Shown here piece after piece: positions 24,709 through 36,605 of a DNA stretch of 63,442 nucleotides (its first letter is position 1; each line of letters begins with the position of its first letter). The stretch is taken from positions 52,151,037-52,214,478 of the forward strand of contig NC_057719.1 in NCBI RefSeq assembly GCF_004010195.1, read 5' to 3'. The DNA is from Chiloscyllium plagiosum (Eukaryota). The notes under the pieces are model-generated. The model had not been told where the DNA came from. It saw only the letters and a program-made list of their open reading frames with translations, and searched no databases. A program made the position numbers and the translations under genes.

Positions 24709-25329
24709 TGTCACAAAGCTGGTCCATTTTTCTAAAACCTGTTCCTTTTCTCAAGGATACTGTGTCCTTGGTTTTCTCAGAGGGGTCGTAAAACAGTCCA
24801 AGCTTCAAATTGACTGGTTTGGTGTAGAGATGAAAAGGGTATTGGGAGGCTTTTTTGTTTATATGTAAACAGATGAGAATTTAGGCCACAGCTTTCATGT
24901 TTTAGAAGTAACCTGTTTAATGAAAGAAGCGTGGTCAGTCCTGAAAGCTGAAATCTTGTTTGGGTCCGTTCAGCAGTGGGCTGTGTGGAAACAGGCAGCT
25001 AGGCTGTCTCTCCTTCTGCCCTTCTAACTTTGACCTGTAAGCCTTTGTTTCATTTTTGCTGTGTTTAAGGGTTTTTTTAATTGGGGCTGTTGCATGTATT
25101 TTTTGAAACAGTTTGAATAGACTGAGTTCCGATGGTATTCTATACTCTGTCCTTTGTGTTTCATTCTGTAATTTTGTGAATAAATTTTTGTCTATTTTAA
25201 ACCCTGGTAATCAACCTTGCTAACTTACCTCTGGGTAATTTTCCCTGTATGCTAACTGAAACAAATAGCCAAGTTACGGTCTGGGCTGCCTGCTTAAGTG
25301 TTTTGAATGATCTGGCCTCATCCATAACA
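24709..25329 (+). repeat. 3' LTR (621 bp)
   Basis: TGTCACA...TAACA termini, internal AATAAA near 25179, homologous to 12560-13410. Confidence 0.92.
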
Positions 25330-25789
25330 GTTGTATCGTGTGCTTTCACATTGACCTCATTTTCTGCATTTCAATTTTGTTACCAATTCCAGCCTAGTCT
25401 AACCTTGAAATGATTTCCCTCTGCCATCTGGATTGGCTCCCATATTTCCAGCGTTGTCCCCAAGCATGAAGCACATGTCATGATACCTCAAACACTACTT
25501 TACTAAACTTTGGATCATTCAGATTTCCTCTTTGCTCCATGTTGGCTGATTTTGGAAATAATGCCGTCTGCTGAGATATTGTCTCACCAATTTTAATAAG
25601 TACTATCTGCCCATCCTCAAGAAAACTTTTCTTAATCTCTTTGTCCTTGCAAACTGTTGCCACATCACAAATCTTCCATTCTTTATGCCAAATCCTCAAA
25701 GAATATGGGCTGGAGTTTATTATAAAAGATGCAATAACAGTGAATTTGGAAAGCATTAAAGGAATTGGACAAAACTAACATGCCTTTAT

Positions 25790-27275
25790 GATCTGAATGA
25801 AATGTAAAAATGGACAGTCTCGATGCAGGGAGGATTGTTTTTTTCTGGTTTTGGGAATTCTAAAACCAGGGTCATTGTCTCAGGTTAGGGAGTAGACCAT
25901 TTCAAAATAAGATGAGGAAAAACTTCTTCACTCAAAAGGTAGTGACTCTAGAATTCTCTACCACGGAAGGCTATGGAGACCAAGTCACTGAATATATTCA
26001 AGAATGATAAATATACTGGAGTTTTTGGAAGATACAAGTAGCAGAATGGATAAGGCAGTATCAGTGGTTATAGTGGATTTGGATTATCAGAAGGTTTTTG
26101 ATAAGACGTTAGAAAAATTAAGGAATGCAGGATGGGAGAATATACTGGTATGTATAGATTACGAATTGGTTGACAAAAAGCTAACAAAAATGAGAATAAA
26201 TTGATCCTTTTTCCAGATGGAAAGCTGTGACTAGTGGTGTACCATAAGGACTAGTGCTTGATCCCAGGTATTCATTATAAGTGATCCAGATGACAGAACC
26301 AAATGCAACATTCTCAAGTTTGTTGGTGTACAAAACTGGGCAGGGTTGAAAGTTGTGAGAAGGATGCAAGGAGGCTTCCTGATGATTTTAAAAAAATAAC
26401 AAATGGGCAAACGCATGGCTAATGCATGAAACATGGCTAAATATGAAATTGTACACTTTGGTATAAAAAGTAGAAAGGCAAGAGTATTATTTAAATCATG
26501 ATATATTGAGAAACATGGACATGTATAAAGGGATTTGGATATTGTTGGATACCAGTCAATGAAGGTGGACAGGTAGGTGAAGCAAGCAGTTAGGAAGACA
26601 AAAGGTAGGTTGATCTTTGTTGCAAGAGACTTTGAGATCAGAAGGAAGGATGTCATAACTACAATTATACAGAGCCTGGTGACACCACACCTGGAGTATT
26701 AGATGCAGTTTTGGTTTCCCTACTTAAGAAAGGATAAACTTGCCATGGAGGCAGTGCAGCAGAGATTCACTAGGCTGACACTGTAAATAGTGGAAAGTGA
26801 GGACTGCAGATGCTGGAAGGCCTGACCTATGAAGAGAGATTCATTTACGTGAGCTTATGTTGTGTGGACTTCAGAAGGATGTGAGGGGATCTGCTTGAAA
26901 TGTAGAAACTTCTAACAGAGCTGGACAGTCTAGATGCAGGGAGGATGTTTTTTCCTAGTTAAAGGATTCTGGAATCAGGGGTCACGGTCTAAAGGTAGAG
27001 AGTAAACATTTAAGACCAAGTTGGGTGAAAACTTCTTCATTCAAGAGGCAGTGACTCTGTGGGATTCTCTACCATGGTAGGCTGTGGAAACCAAGTCACC
27101 GAATATATGCAAGAAAGTGCTAGATAAACTTTTAGATTTTAAAGGCATCAAAGGGTATGGGGAGTGAGTGGAAATATGACATTGAGATTGAGGACCAGCC
27201 ATGATCATATTGAATGACAGAGCAGATTTGAAATGTGAACAGCCTAACCTGCTCCTAGTTTCTATATTTGTATAT
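25790..27275 (+). mobile_element. Old CR1 RT/3' fragments (25790-26000 and 26003-27275)
   Basis: NILEFLED..DYQKVFDK, SGVP*GLVL, PHLEY*MQFWFPYLRKD; 3' UTR cctgctcctagtttctat. Confidence 0.85.
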
Positions 27276-28908
27276 AATATCCATTGTCTTCAGAGTCCAC
27301 CAATGATCATTTACTCCCTCATCACTATTTTATCTTTAAACTGTTCTTAACATAGTTTCTAATTGATTCTAAGTTGATCTTTCAACTTAATGAATCCTTC
27401 AACACAAAGGCTGATATTTGTTAGGTAAGAGCATCAATGGATTTGGATTAGAGGCAGGAAAACTAAGATGAAATATAGATTAGCCTTGTTCTAACAAGAT
27501 ACTGAAACAGGCTAAAGGGATAGAAAGCCTGGTCCTATTCCTATGTTCTTTTGGCCATATAATTCTACCTCTAACATTGTCAATGTACAATCCATCCTCA
27601 GCCTGAGGCTGAAACCCTCAGGCTTCCTGGTTTTACTTAAAGTTGCTGGTATTTTTCCTGAATCCAGTGTTTTAAGTCAAAAGTCTCAGAGAGGCTTGAA
27701 TGAGTCTAATCAGACAAATTCAGACCCCTGCCACACACATGGAAGACCAGCGAATATGCTCTTTGTCACAGAATGCTTTGGTGCTGTGTGCGAGATTGAT
27801 GACAGGGGAGTTCAGGGAGAAGGAGAAGGAGAAAGACGTGTTTCTGAGGAGAATACAGTGGGAGTAAATCCATGGCATCAGGAGTCACTCAGCTGCATTG
27901 GGTGGAGGATGGAGAAAAGTGGAGCAGGAGAACAATGCTGATAGAGAATTCCATTATAAGCAGAATGAACAGGCGTTTCTGTAGCTGCAAACATGACACC
28001 AGCATACCAGCCAGGTTCAAGGATATCACTGAGCGGCTGCAGGACAATCTGAAGTGGGAGGGTGAGCACCCAATGGTCATGGCTCATATCAGTACTAATG
28101 ACATAGTTAGGAGGGGAGGTCCTGCAAGCTAAATGTAGGGAGTTAGATAAATCTTTTAAAAAAACAAGACTTCAAAGGTAGGAATCTCAGGATTAGTCTG
28201 AGTGCCTTAAGCTAGTGAGATTGATAATAGAAGTTATAGACTGTTTGAATGTGTGTCTGGAGGGATAGTACAGAAGGGAAGGATTGAGGTTCTTGAAACA
28301 TTGTGACTGATTCTGGGAAAGGTGGGATCTGGACAAGCTAATGGGTTGCATCCAGAAGGACCAATATCCTCACAGTGGCATTAGTGAGTACGGTGAGGGA
28401 AGGTTTGACATCGACAGAAACCTAAGTAGGGAGGCAAGTGTGAAGGAAGAAGAATGGAGATGAAAGATTCGAAAGTGGAAGGCAGAGGAAATGAGGGATA
28501 GCAGAAATAGTACAAAAAGATGTGTAAAAATGTCACCAAAAACAGGCTGCAGGAACTATATCTGAATGCACTCAGAATAAGGAATTAAGTAGATTAATTA
28601 ACAGGAAAAATCTTGTAATCGGGACCAATATGATTGCAATTACAGAGACATGGCTTTAGAATGAGCAAGGCTGAGAACAGAACATTCGAGGGTTGTCAAG
28701 TATTAAGTAGAACTGGTTTATAAAGAAAAGGAGCTCGGGATGCAGTCATGACAAATGCTGCAGAAAATCTGCATATGTTATCAGACTGGGTGGAAAAATA
28801 AATAAATGTGGCATTCTCTATAGCCCTCTTAACATTAGTGATAAAGTAGGTGAGGGCACTAAACAGAAAAATAGAGGTGTGTGCAACAAGAGTGTTATTG
28901 TAATCATG

Positions 28909-29113
28909 GTTAAAAATCACACAACACCAGGTGATAGTCCAACAGGTTTAATTGGAAGCACACTAGCTTTTGGAGTGACGCTCCTTCATCACCTGATGAA
29001 GAAGCGTCGCTCCGAAAGCTAGTGTGCTTCCAATTAAACCTGTTGGACTATCACCTGGTGTTGTGTGATTTTTAACTTTGTATACCCCAGTCCAACACCG
29101 GCATCTCCGAATC
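28909..29113 (+). mobile_element. Palindromic PLE derivative (family B)
   Basis: Near-perfect ~83-bp arms (28909-28991 and 28993-29076), a 37-nt extra tail on the right, and a 12-bp TSD attgtaatcatg at 28897-28908 and 29114-29125. Confidence 0.92.
28990..29024 (+). ncRNA. Minimal type I hammerhead ribozyme motif (family B), core intact
   Basis: CAC-CUGAUGA-A-GAAGC(GUC)GCUCC-GAAA-GC-UA-GUG; stem I CAC/GUG, stem II with one mismatch, predicted cleavage after 29021. Confidence 0.75.
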
Positions 29114-30169
29114 ATTGTAATCATGATTGACTTTAATCTACGTAGAGACTGAACAAATCACATTAGCAATAATACTCTCTTGGATGAATTCTTGATGGGT
29201 ATAAACGATATTTTTTAAGACCTATGTGCTGAGGAATCACCTCAGAAACAGGTTATCCTGGGTTTGATTTTGTGCAGTGAGGAGGGGATAATTAGTCTGT
29301 TGTGAGAGCTCCTTTTAGCAAAAAGTAACTCTCCACCCTTAGCACTTTGCATAAACTTTAGTTCATCAAAACTATCTGCCTATATCCAATCACATAACAA
29401 ATGTCAGTCACCTATTGTTCTTGAAGAGAGTTAAACTTTGAATTATAAATCTATGTTGAAATGTTCATTCTTGTCTAATGCTTCCTGCACAATTTGGCAG
29501 ACTTGTCCATATCCTCATGAATTATGCAATGGGAATCATTCATTTCTCTGGGCCTGCTTATCTCCATTTTCCATTAACTACAAGATATTACTCTGGACAG
29601 CTAAAATTCAGTCAGCGTAAGTATTCGGTACAATGTAACAAACACTACTGTATTTTTCAACACAGTCTGTCATTAAATATTAATTGCCTGATGTGGCCAT
29701 TCCATTCTAACTATATTCAGAGCAATTAAATGTTTTTTTGATTTTGGCAGGAAGAACATTTGAAACCAATAACAAAATTAACTTCTGTTTCAGATTACTG
29801 TTAAAGCATGCACTAAAACAATGGCACATTCCAGTGCTCAGCATAAATGACCAAGCACCTTATTACATTCTCAGACTTCAAACCAAAAGTCTTTATCAAA
29901 TACTCTATTATGAAATGAAACATTTTCTTCTAGATGCTGTCACTTTAGTGGAAGTACAGAAATGATAAACATCCAAATATTTCGCTGATCAGAAACACTC
30001 TCACCTTTTATGAGTTCTTAAATGAATTTCATCTTTTGCAGATGGATCACTTAAGGGCTTTTCTTATGTTTCACTGTCAATGGCTTTCAGCCTTTGCATT
30101 ACTACCAAAGCTGCAACCATGTTGCCCATTGAGTAAAAAGGACAGTAGCAGCATGGGCACAATTTTGGC

Positions 30170-30590
30170 TGAGTGACAGAAAACAGACAGAATAAAGACA
30201 AATACTGTACTGGAGTTCCCAAGGCATTGCTTTTAGGGCTGCTAATCTTCCCAGTGTATATTAATGACCAAACTTTGGTGTGCAGGACATAATTACATAA
30301 TGTGCAAATGACACCAAACTTAAAATTATTGTGACTTGTGAAAGATATTGTTGTAGATATTAGGGGAAGATAAACTGGTGGGAGATGGTACTTGATGCTT
30401 AAAGGTATGTATTGATATCATTTTGCAGGGTAGTGTGGGAAAGTAATCTAAACTAAAAGATACAATTCTAAAGGGGTGTGGGAACAGAAGGATCTGAGGG
30501 AGCAAATCATTGACCATGGCAGGGCAGTTGGAGAAAAGTAGTTAATTGGGTATTTAGGATATTGGGCTTTATAATTAGAGGCTTAGACAT
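30170..30590 (+). mobile_element. Old CR1 RT fragment
   Basis: GVPKALLLGLLIFPVYIND..CANDTKL, matching the CR1 PQGSVLGP/YIND/FADD region. Confidence 0.65.
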
Positions 30591-30609
30591 CGCTGTCCTA
30601 ACACCAAGC

Positions 30610-30855
30610 AAATGTAGGCCAGACCAGTTAAGGAAAGCAGATTACTTTCACTAAAGGGAATTAGTGAATCAGATTTTTTATTTCCTGGCCATCAACAATT
30701 GTTTCATGGTCATCATTAGGCTCTTATGTTGGTATTTTCATTGAATACAAATTCCACCATCTGTCATGGCAAGATTTAAACCTTGGTCCCCAGAGCATTA
30801 CCTGGTCTCTGGATTGATAGTCGAGCAATAATGCCACCATGTTATCACCACCCCC
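30610..30855 (-). mobile_element. tRNA-derived SINE (second shark SINE family)
   Basis: Reverse complement has a tRNA-like head (ggtggcattattgctcgact..ggtttaaatcttgcca) and body gatgaccatgaaac..gattcactaattccctttag..ctggtctggcctaca. Confidence 0.65.
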
Positions 30856-31177
30856 TCTGTCTGCTAATACTAATAATAACGTGTTATCTTGACCGTGTGC
30901 TTTGATTGTTAAGTTGTTTTAAAATCCAGACAATCTCGAGTTTTTAAAGAAAACTTAGAAGCTGGTTGTGTCCTGTGATTAAAAGTCCATCACTCCAGTC
31001 CTTAAAAAATGGCTTACTGTTTAGTAAGCTTCCAAGACTGTACTGTATTGAACAGTTGATAAAGCTGTAGAATTAAATTTCATTATGAATGTTTGGCTGA
31101 GTTCCTAAACTTACTAATAGATTTATCTTTGTCCTCTCAGCAACTGTATAAACAACTGTGAGTTTTGTAATAAAGCC

Positions 31178-31265
31178 ATGAAGTGCTGGAAAAACTCAAC
31201 AGTTCTAGTAACATCTGTGGAAAAAGAAAGTTAACATTTTAAGTCCAGAACTTCATCAGAACTTT
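31178..31265 (-). mobile_element. PLE family C terminal fragment with decayed hammerhead
   Basis: Reverse complement gttctgatgaagttctggacttaaaatgttaac..cacagatgttac..tttttccagcac. Confidence 0.6.
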
Positions 31266-31646
31266 GATTAGCAATAAGTCAATCGGTAAGCTGTACAGAG
31301 ATCAGTCATGGATCTGGCCACTTCTCAGTTGGAGTGTCTTTTCCAAGTTGGTCAGGGGAATAGGCGATAGCCAGCCTTAGGCATCTTTTTTAATTTATAA
31401 AATGTTACTAGCAAAAACAGCATTTATTCTCTATCCCCTTTGATTGTTTTTAATGAACCTGTTTAGACGTGTTATGACTTGGATAAGTGAGATGTGAACC
31501 TGGGCATTCTGGCTCAGAGGTAGTGACACTACTACTGCATCTCAAGACCATCACAGCCTTGGAAGGTTTGTTCACAGCATTGTCTAAACCACCTGAAGTG
31601 GACAGAAGAACTGTTCTCTTTTCTGTGAAAAACTGGGCTCTGTGAA

Positions 31647-32020
31647 AGGCAGCATGGTGTCTCAGTGGTAAGCACAGTTGCCTCACAGCACCAAGAACCA
31701 AGGTTCAATTTCACCCTTGGGAAACTGTCTGTGTGGAGTTTGTATGTTCTCCCTGTGTCTACATGGGTTTGCTCGAGGGCTTCTAGTTCCCTCCCACAAC
31801 CCAAAGATGGGCAGGTTAGTGGATTGGCCATGCTAAATTGACCATTGTGTTTAGGGATGTACAGGTTAGGTGGATTGGCCATGGGAAATGAAGGGTTACA
31901 CGGTTAAGGTAATAGTTGAGTAATGGGTGACAGGACAGGGATAGGTGAGTCTGGAATGCTCTTCAGAGGGTCAATGTGGATCAAATGACCTGCTTCCACA
32001 ATGTAGCAATTATATGACTT
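31647..32020 (+). mobile_element. HE1-like SINE (older copy)
   Basis: ggcagcatggtgtctcagtggtaagcac..ggttcaatt; V core; tail gacctgcttccacaatgtag. Confidence 0.85.
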
Positions 32021-33764
32021 GTGAGCAATATGAGGGCCTTCAACAGATAATTGCATTCAACAGATTCTTACACAGTGCAGGCTAAAGACCTCTATTATCG
32101 CATAATTCTGCGGAACCTCATGCATTGACCAACTGTCTAGACTAAAATCCTGGTTAGGAGCAATCTTAACCATACCATTGAACATTACTAATCCTAGTCA
32201 TGGCTCGGAGGCCCATGTCAAGAAGGTTCTAAAGCTTCACCTTAAATGTAAAAGTGCGAAAATTTTAATAATATGATCTGAGATTTAATAATCTTTACAG
32301 GTTCTAGGAGCTGTTCACTGTACACCTTGGACTGTAACATATCCACTCATTGCTCTATTTGCAATACTACCTTTTTTGTGTAATTTAGTTGTCGGGGGAT
32401 GGGGAGAAGTTTGCTTTAATGTTACTGCACGTACAATCATCTATGTGAATGATAAGGCTAGATCAGATATACCTGAGACAGGCCAATGATGTGCAGAGTC
32501 CATATCTAGACACTCCATTGTCCTCCTTATCAGACCTCCATGTCCCAAGGTTTTGAGGATGCTATTCAAATGTCATTTGAGTGTGCTGTGAATGATTGCA
32601 TTGCTGAGGATCTGCATTGTTTCTGATATTGTCCACATGGCTCATTGGAGCTTTTCCCACTGAATCCAATTACACACACATTGTTGACCCTACATCCATT
32701 GAACTGAGGATATGCGCAGAAATGGATGAGGAATGCATGCATCTGGAAATCTAGAAGCACCGGACCATTAGTAACCTCCAGAAAAGTCAAATTAGACTTG
32801 AAATGTTAATTCTGATTTTCACTCTGTAGATGCTGCCAGATCTGCTGAGTTTCTTAAGCATTCTCTGTACTTGCATCAACTTCCAGAGAATGTGGTGCAC
32901 TCTCTTAACATGGTGTTTCCAGCCAAAGATGCCCCCATGACACAATCAAAGTTTATGAAGCCGCATGTCTTTCATGAAATGACATATAGGGTAGAGCAGG
33001 ATAGTGACACTATACTCTGTTTAGAGGTTGTGGTCAGAATACCAAGTCTGCAATGCAACATCGTTGGCCACTGGGACAAGCAAGTGACATAAGATGAGAA
33101 CCAACCCCTGTCCCCCGCCCCCACCCCCACCCCCACCCCTCTTAATCCTTGGTTGCTTTGCTTAGGACAACTGGAGGAGACAATAGGATTATGTTAGAGA
33201 TGTTGAAGATCCATCAAAAACTCAGCTTAGCAATGATTAGAATTTTCTTCAGAAGGAACTGCACATTCTGGACCCCACACCACAGCAGTGTTGGCTCCAG
33301 ACAGAATTTCTATTTCAAACTTATTCAATCCAACTGAGTTTTGAGAAATAATCTTTCATGTTGTGCTGCTGTAAAGGCAACCAGCCCCTGTTTAGTCTCA
33401 AATGCAAATGCAGTTTAATGGTTTGATCTTTTGATGTTTTTTCCTGTTGGTTAATAAATGTTAATGGATACAAGCTAATAGAAGCTTTTCCAATATCTGA
33501 TGTTCCCACAGTTAATCAAACAAAACTTCATACTATAATGTGTGCTATGGAAAGGGTAGTTATTGTTCAGACAGGTTGAGAACATTGTCTCTCATCACTC
33601 TACCTTCATTTATGCATCTGTAGGTACAAGGTCAGTTGCTCACAGAGCTGGTGATGAAACCAAATGTATTTTTAAGAGTATAATGAAACATTTATAATTA
33701 ATTTTTGCCCGTGCCATCTGTGTGACCTCACAAGGCTTTCTTTTACCTTTCCTTTGCTATCTGC

Positions 33765-34600
33765 CTAGTGCAATGCCAACTCTGCAACTGGGGTAGAGGG
33801 ACCTTGCCCTACAGTGACCTTGCAGTTTTGGGTCTGCAACCCGGGTGCCATCTGTGACTGTAGGACCACAGACATGAAGAGAATGTCCTTGAGTTTAGCT
33901 CCCACTGAATTAGGGATTGCAGGCAGGGAGGAACCGGTGTGGCTGAATACCTCCTGAGTGAACTGAAGGAGGCTTCTGGGAGCTTGATGTGTCCCCTCCT
34001 CCTGCTGGATGCCTACTGGCACCATCTTGTCTCTCTGTAAAAAAAAAGGGGTACCTGGAGTGAGGTTGAAATCTCTTCTCGTCAATTGCCTTGCCATTTG
34101 TGCTGAACACCAAGGGCTCGAAATATAGAGGGCATGTCATTGTGCTTTTCTGGTAGATATTGAGTGTACTGGGATTGACTCTCCATGGAAATTGCCTACC
34201 TGTACAGGGAGCCAGTAAGACATACACATGCTGAAGTCTCCATGATAGAGATGGTATAGGTGGACTCTTCCAATCTTCGATGCAGTTTTGCAAGTGTCTT
34301 GCTGCTGCTCCTGTGTCAGTGTATGTATTTTGATGAAACGATTAATGGTCATCACAATGGAATCCTCACCTGCCTGGAGCTGTGTGGCTGCCAGTGACTT
34401 GGATCATGTCTTCCTTCAGCAGCTGTGGAGTTGTGGCAGTGATGTGCTCTCCTTTATTTGAACCAGTTAACGTATCCGCCGAGGTGTCAGGATTTGAGCT
34501 GATAGAGGGTGGAGGTGAAAGCCTTGCTGGTGCATCCTCTGAACGGTTTGTGGCTTCTTCCTCAGAGGTGGAAAAGTGGATGATATTGGACATTAGAGAG
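33765..34600 (-). mobile_element. Possible decayed Harbinger-type accessory ORF (low-complexity C-terminal part)
   Basis: Pro/Ser/Thr/Glu-rich broken ORFs (SEEEATNRSEDAPARLSPPPSISS). Assignment is by resemblance only; no diagnostic catalytic motif. Confidence 0.3.
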
Positions 34601-34704
34601 GCTGCTCTCTTGAAGGCAGAGGCTATGTGGATACTGCTCATGTCTGGAGAAGACAGGATAGAGAATGGGTTGCACATAGGAATAGACATTTGGCATGTTA
34701 AGAA

Positions 34705-34975
34705 ATATATTTGCAGGGAAAATTGAAGGGAATTCTTTTCATTCAGATGGAAGTGTAGGTCTGGGACCCACTCTGAATGGATGGTGGAGTTAGAAACTTT
34801 TGTACTATTAGTATATTAGAACCAGTACTTAGATATTACTTGCGTTGTCATTTGGGCCAGGGCTACAGACTAAGAGCTGGAAAATAGAATTAGTGTAGTC
34901 CTATTTTTGTTGACTGGTGTAGACTTGATGTGTGTAAAGAGCATCTCCTGTGTATTAAATATCTGTAACTTAGTT
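34705..34975 (+). mobile_element. Old CR1 3' end fragment
   Basis: aggaattcttttcattcag..gtacttagat..gggctacagactaagagctggaaaatagaattag is a typical CR1 terminal segment. Confidence 0.6.
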
Positions 34976-36407
34976 CAAAGAGGTGAATCTCAGTAATGTA
35001 CATTGTGGGATGTTCAAGCACAAAAATGGCAGGACTAATAGTTACGGAGGTTAAAGGGCAAAAAAGGCTGCATTAAATCTCCCATTAAGCAAGTATATAG
35101 CTTGAGCATGGAATAATGTTCCAAAACGAGAGACAATCTTCATTTCCAAACCTTGTGATCATTACTGTGACTTATTGAAGACTAGAAGCAGCTGTGATAC
35201 TCAGTTCTGGGCAGTGGCAGACAGCAGAACACTCCGATGGGGATTCATGCCTTGACTCTCCTCCCTATGCCTCACTTTTGAGGGGGGGGGAGGGCGCGGG
35301 GGGAGGCAGTGGACAGAGTGAAATCCTTTTGGGGATGGAAAGATAGTGATAGTCTTCACTGCTGGAAATTTTGCTCATTCTCTGCTAGTATTCTTTCAGA
35401 TTTTTGAAAATCGAAGTTGGTTACCAACCTTTGAATATAGTTCTAATCGGGTCAGGGACTTGAGGTTTGTGACATCCTACTCTGTGTGAAATTATTACAA
35501 TATTAACATGTAAGACAACAGAAACTGCACTGAAAAGAGTAATCAAACTACTCTTGGCATAATACTCAAGAAGATCTAGTAGAGAGAACTGGAGCCAATA
35601 TTTAACACTTTATTTTAGTGAACAAATATTTACAGAGATATGCATTATATATTATCTTTTCACTCAACAGTATAGTTTCCATCTGTTCCTGTTTATAGGA
35701 ACAACATGTGAACCCCCTTGACATCCACCATCAGGTACAGAGACAGAAATGACTGGCTGTGGTACTGTCTCTGTCCCGACCCCTGATCAGAAGGCAGTAG
35801 GCCATGTATGAGCCATGGGCCCAGTTAATGGTTTCTGATGTGTCCCCTGTCATGGGCTCTTCATGCTTGTTATGTTCAAATAATATGCAATTAAAAGGTG
35901 AGACTATCAAATGCAACTTTTATCTTCTATGCTATTTCAGTTCATTCCTTGCTGTAATTTGATATCATAGACTGAGACATTGATTGGAATTTCATGTTGG
36001 ATGGGGGAAATGAAAATTGAGTCTGTTTCCAGGCATTGAAAGTATTCTGCTGTGAAACAGAATTAAGTCACAATTTTTCTGGGGAGACCCTTGAATTGTT
36101 ACAGAGATGGCTGCAGTCCAGTCAGTGGCTGCAGAGTCAGAATGGAGGTGGGCCAGCTGATGTATTGGCCCAATTTGAATTCATGTCAGGAGCCATTCCT
36201 GTGAGCGCTCAGTTGAACTTTGGGCTGGATTACTTTTTTCCATGATGTCTCAGAAAACCTGGGGCCAATACAGCCCTTCTTCTTTGACACAGTGATCTCA
36301 AAATCATCTGGAGGTAAAGGAGGTCTTGTTCTCAGAGGTTAACAGGACAAGTCATCCACACTATCCAAACAGGCATGGATGGACATTACTGCCAGTATCA
36401 ATAGCCG

Positions 36408-36605
36408 TGATATGGAGTTGCCGGTGTTGGACTGGGGTGGACAAAGTTAAGACTCACACAACACCAGGTTATAGTCCAACAGGCTTATTTAGGAGTACAA
36501 GATTTCAGAACGCTGTTTCTTCATCAGGTAGCTAGTAGAGTGGGATCAGAGGACACAGAGTTTATAGCAAAAGATTATAATGTCATACAACTGATGTGGT
36601 ATATT
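36408..36605 (-). mobile_element. PLE family B terminal fragment with decayed hammerhead
   Basis: Reverse complement of the family B end (cctgatgaagaaacagcgttctgaaatc..gttggactataacctggtgttgtg..gtccaacaccggcaactcc). Confidence 0.8.

Larger units (their letters stand above)
12560..25329 (+). mobile_element. Decayed Gmr1-like Ty3/gypsy LTR retrotransposon with nested CR1s and SINEs
   Basis: Paired LTRs, PBS, gag with CCHC knuckle, PR (DTG), IN C-terminus, RT (YVDD), RNase H (DAS) and PPT, in that order. Confidence 0.9.
27840..29320 (+). mobile_element. Old CR1 ORF1 esterase and EN fragment
   Basis: ENSIISRMNRRFCSCK..ARFKDITERLQDNLKWEGEHPMVMAHISTNDI; later YLNALRIRN and IAITETWL; interrupted by the palindrome at 28909. 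Confidence 0.8.

Noticed and set aside
35699..35734. Possible 36-nt exon (tttatag|EQHVNPLDIHHQ|gtacag)
   Set aside because: Weak donor, peptide not recognised and no partner exons; needs RNA-seq.
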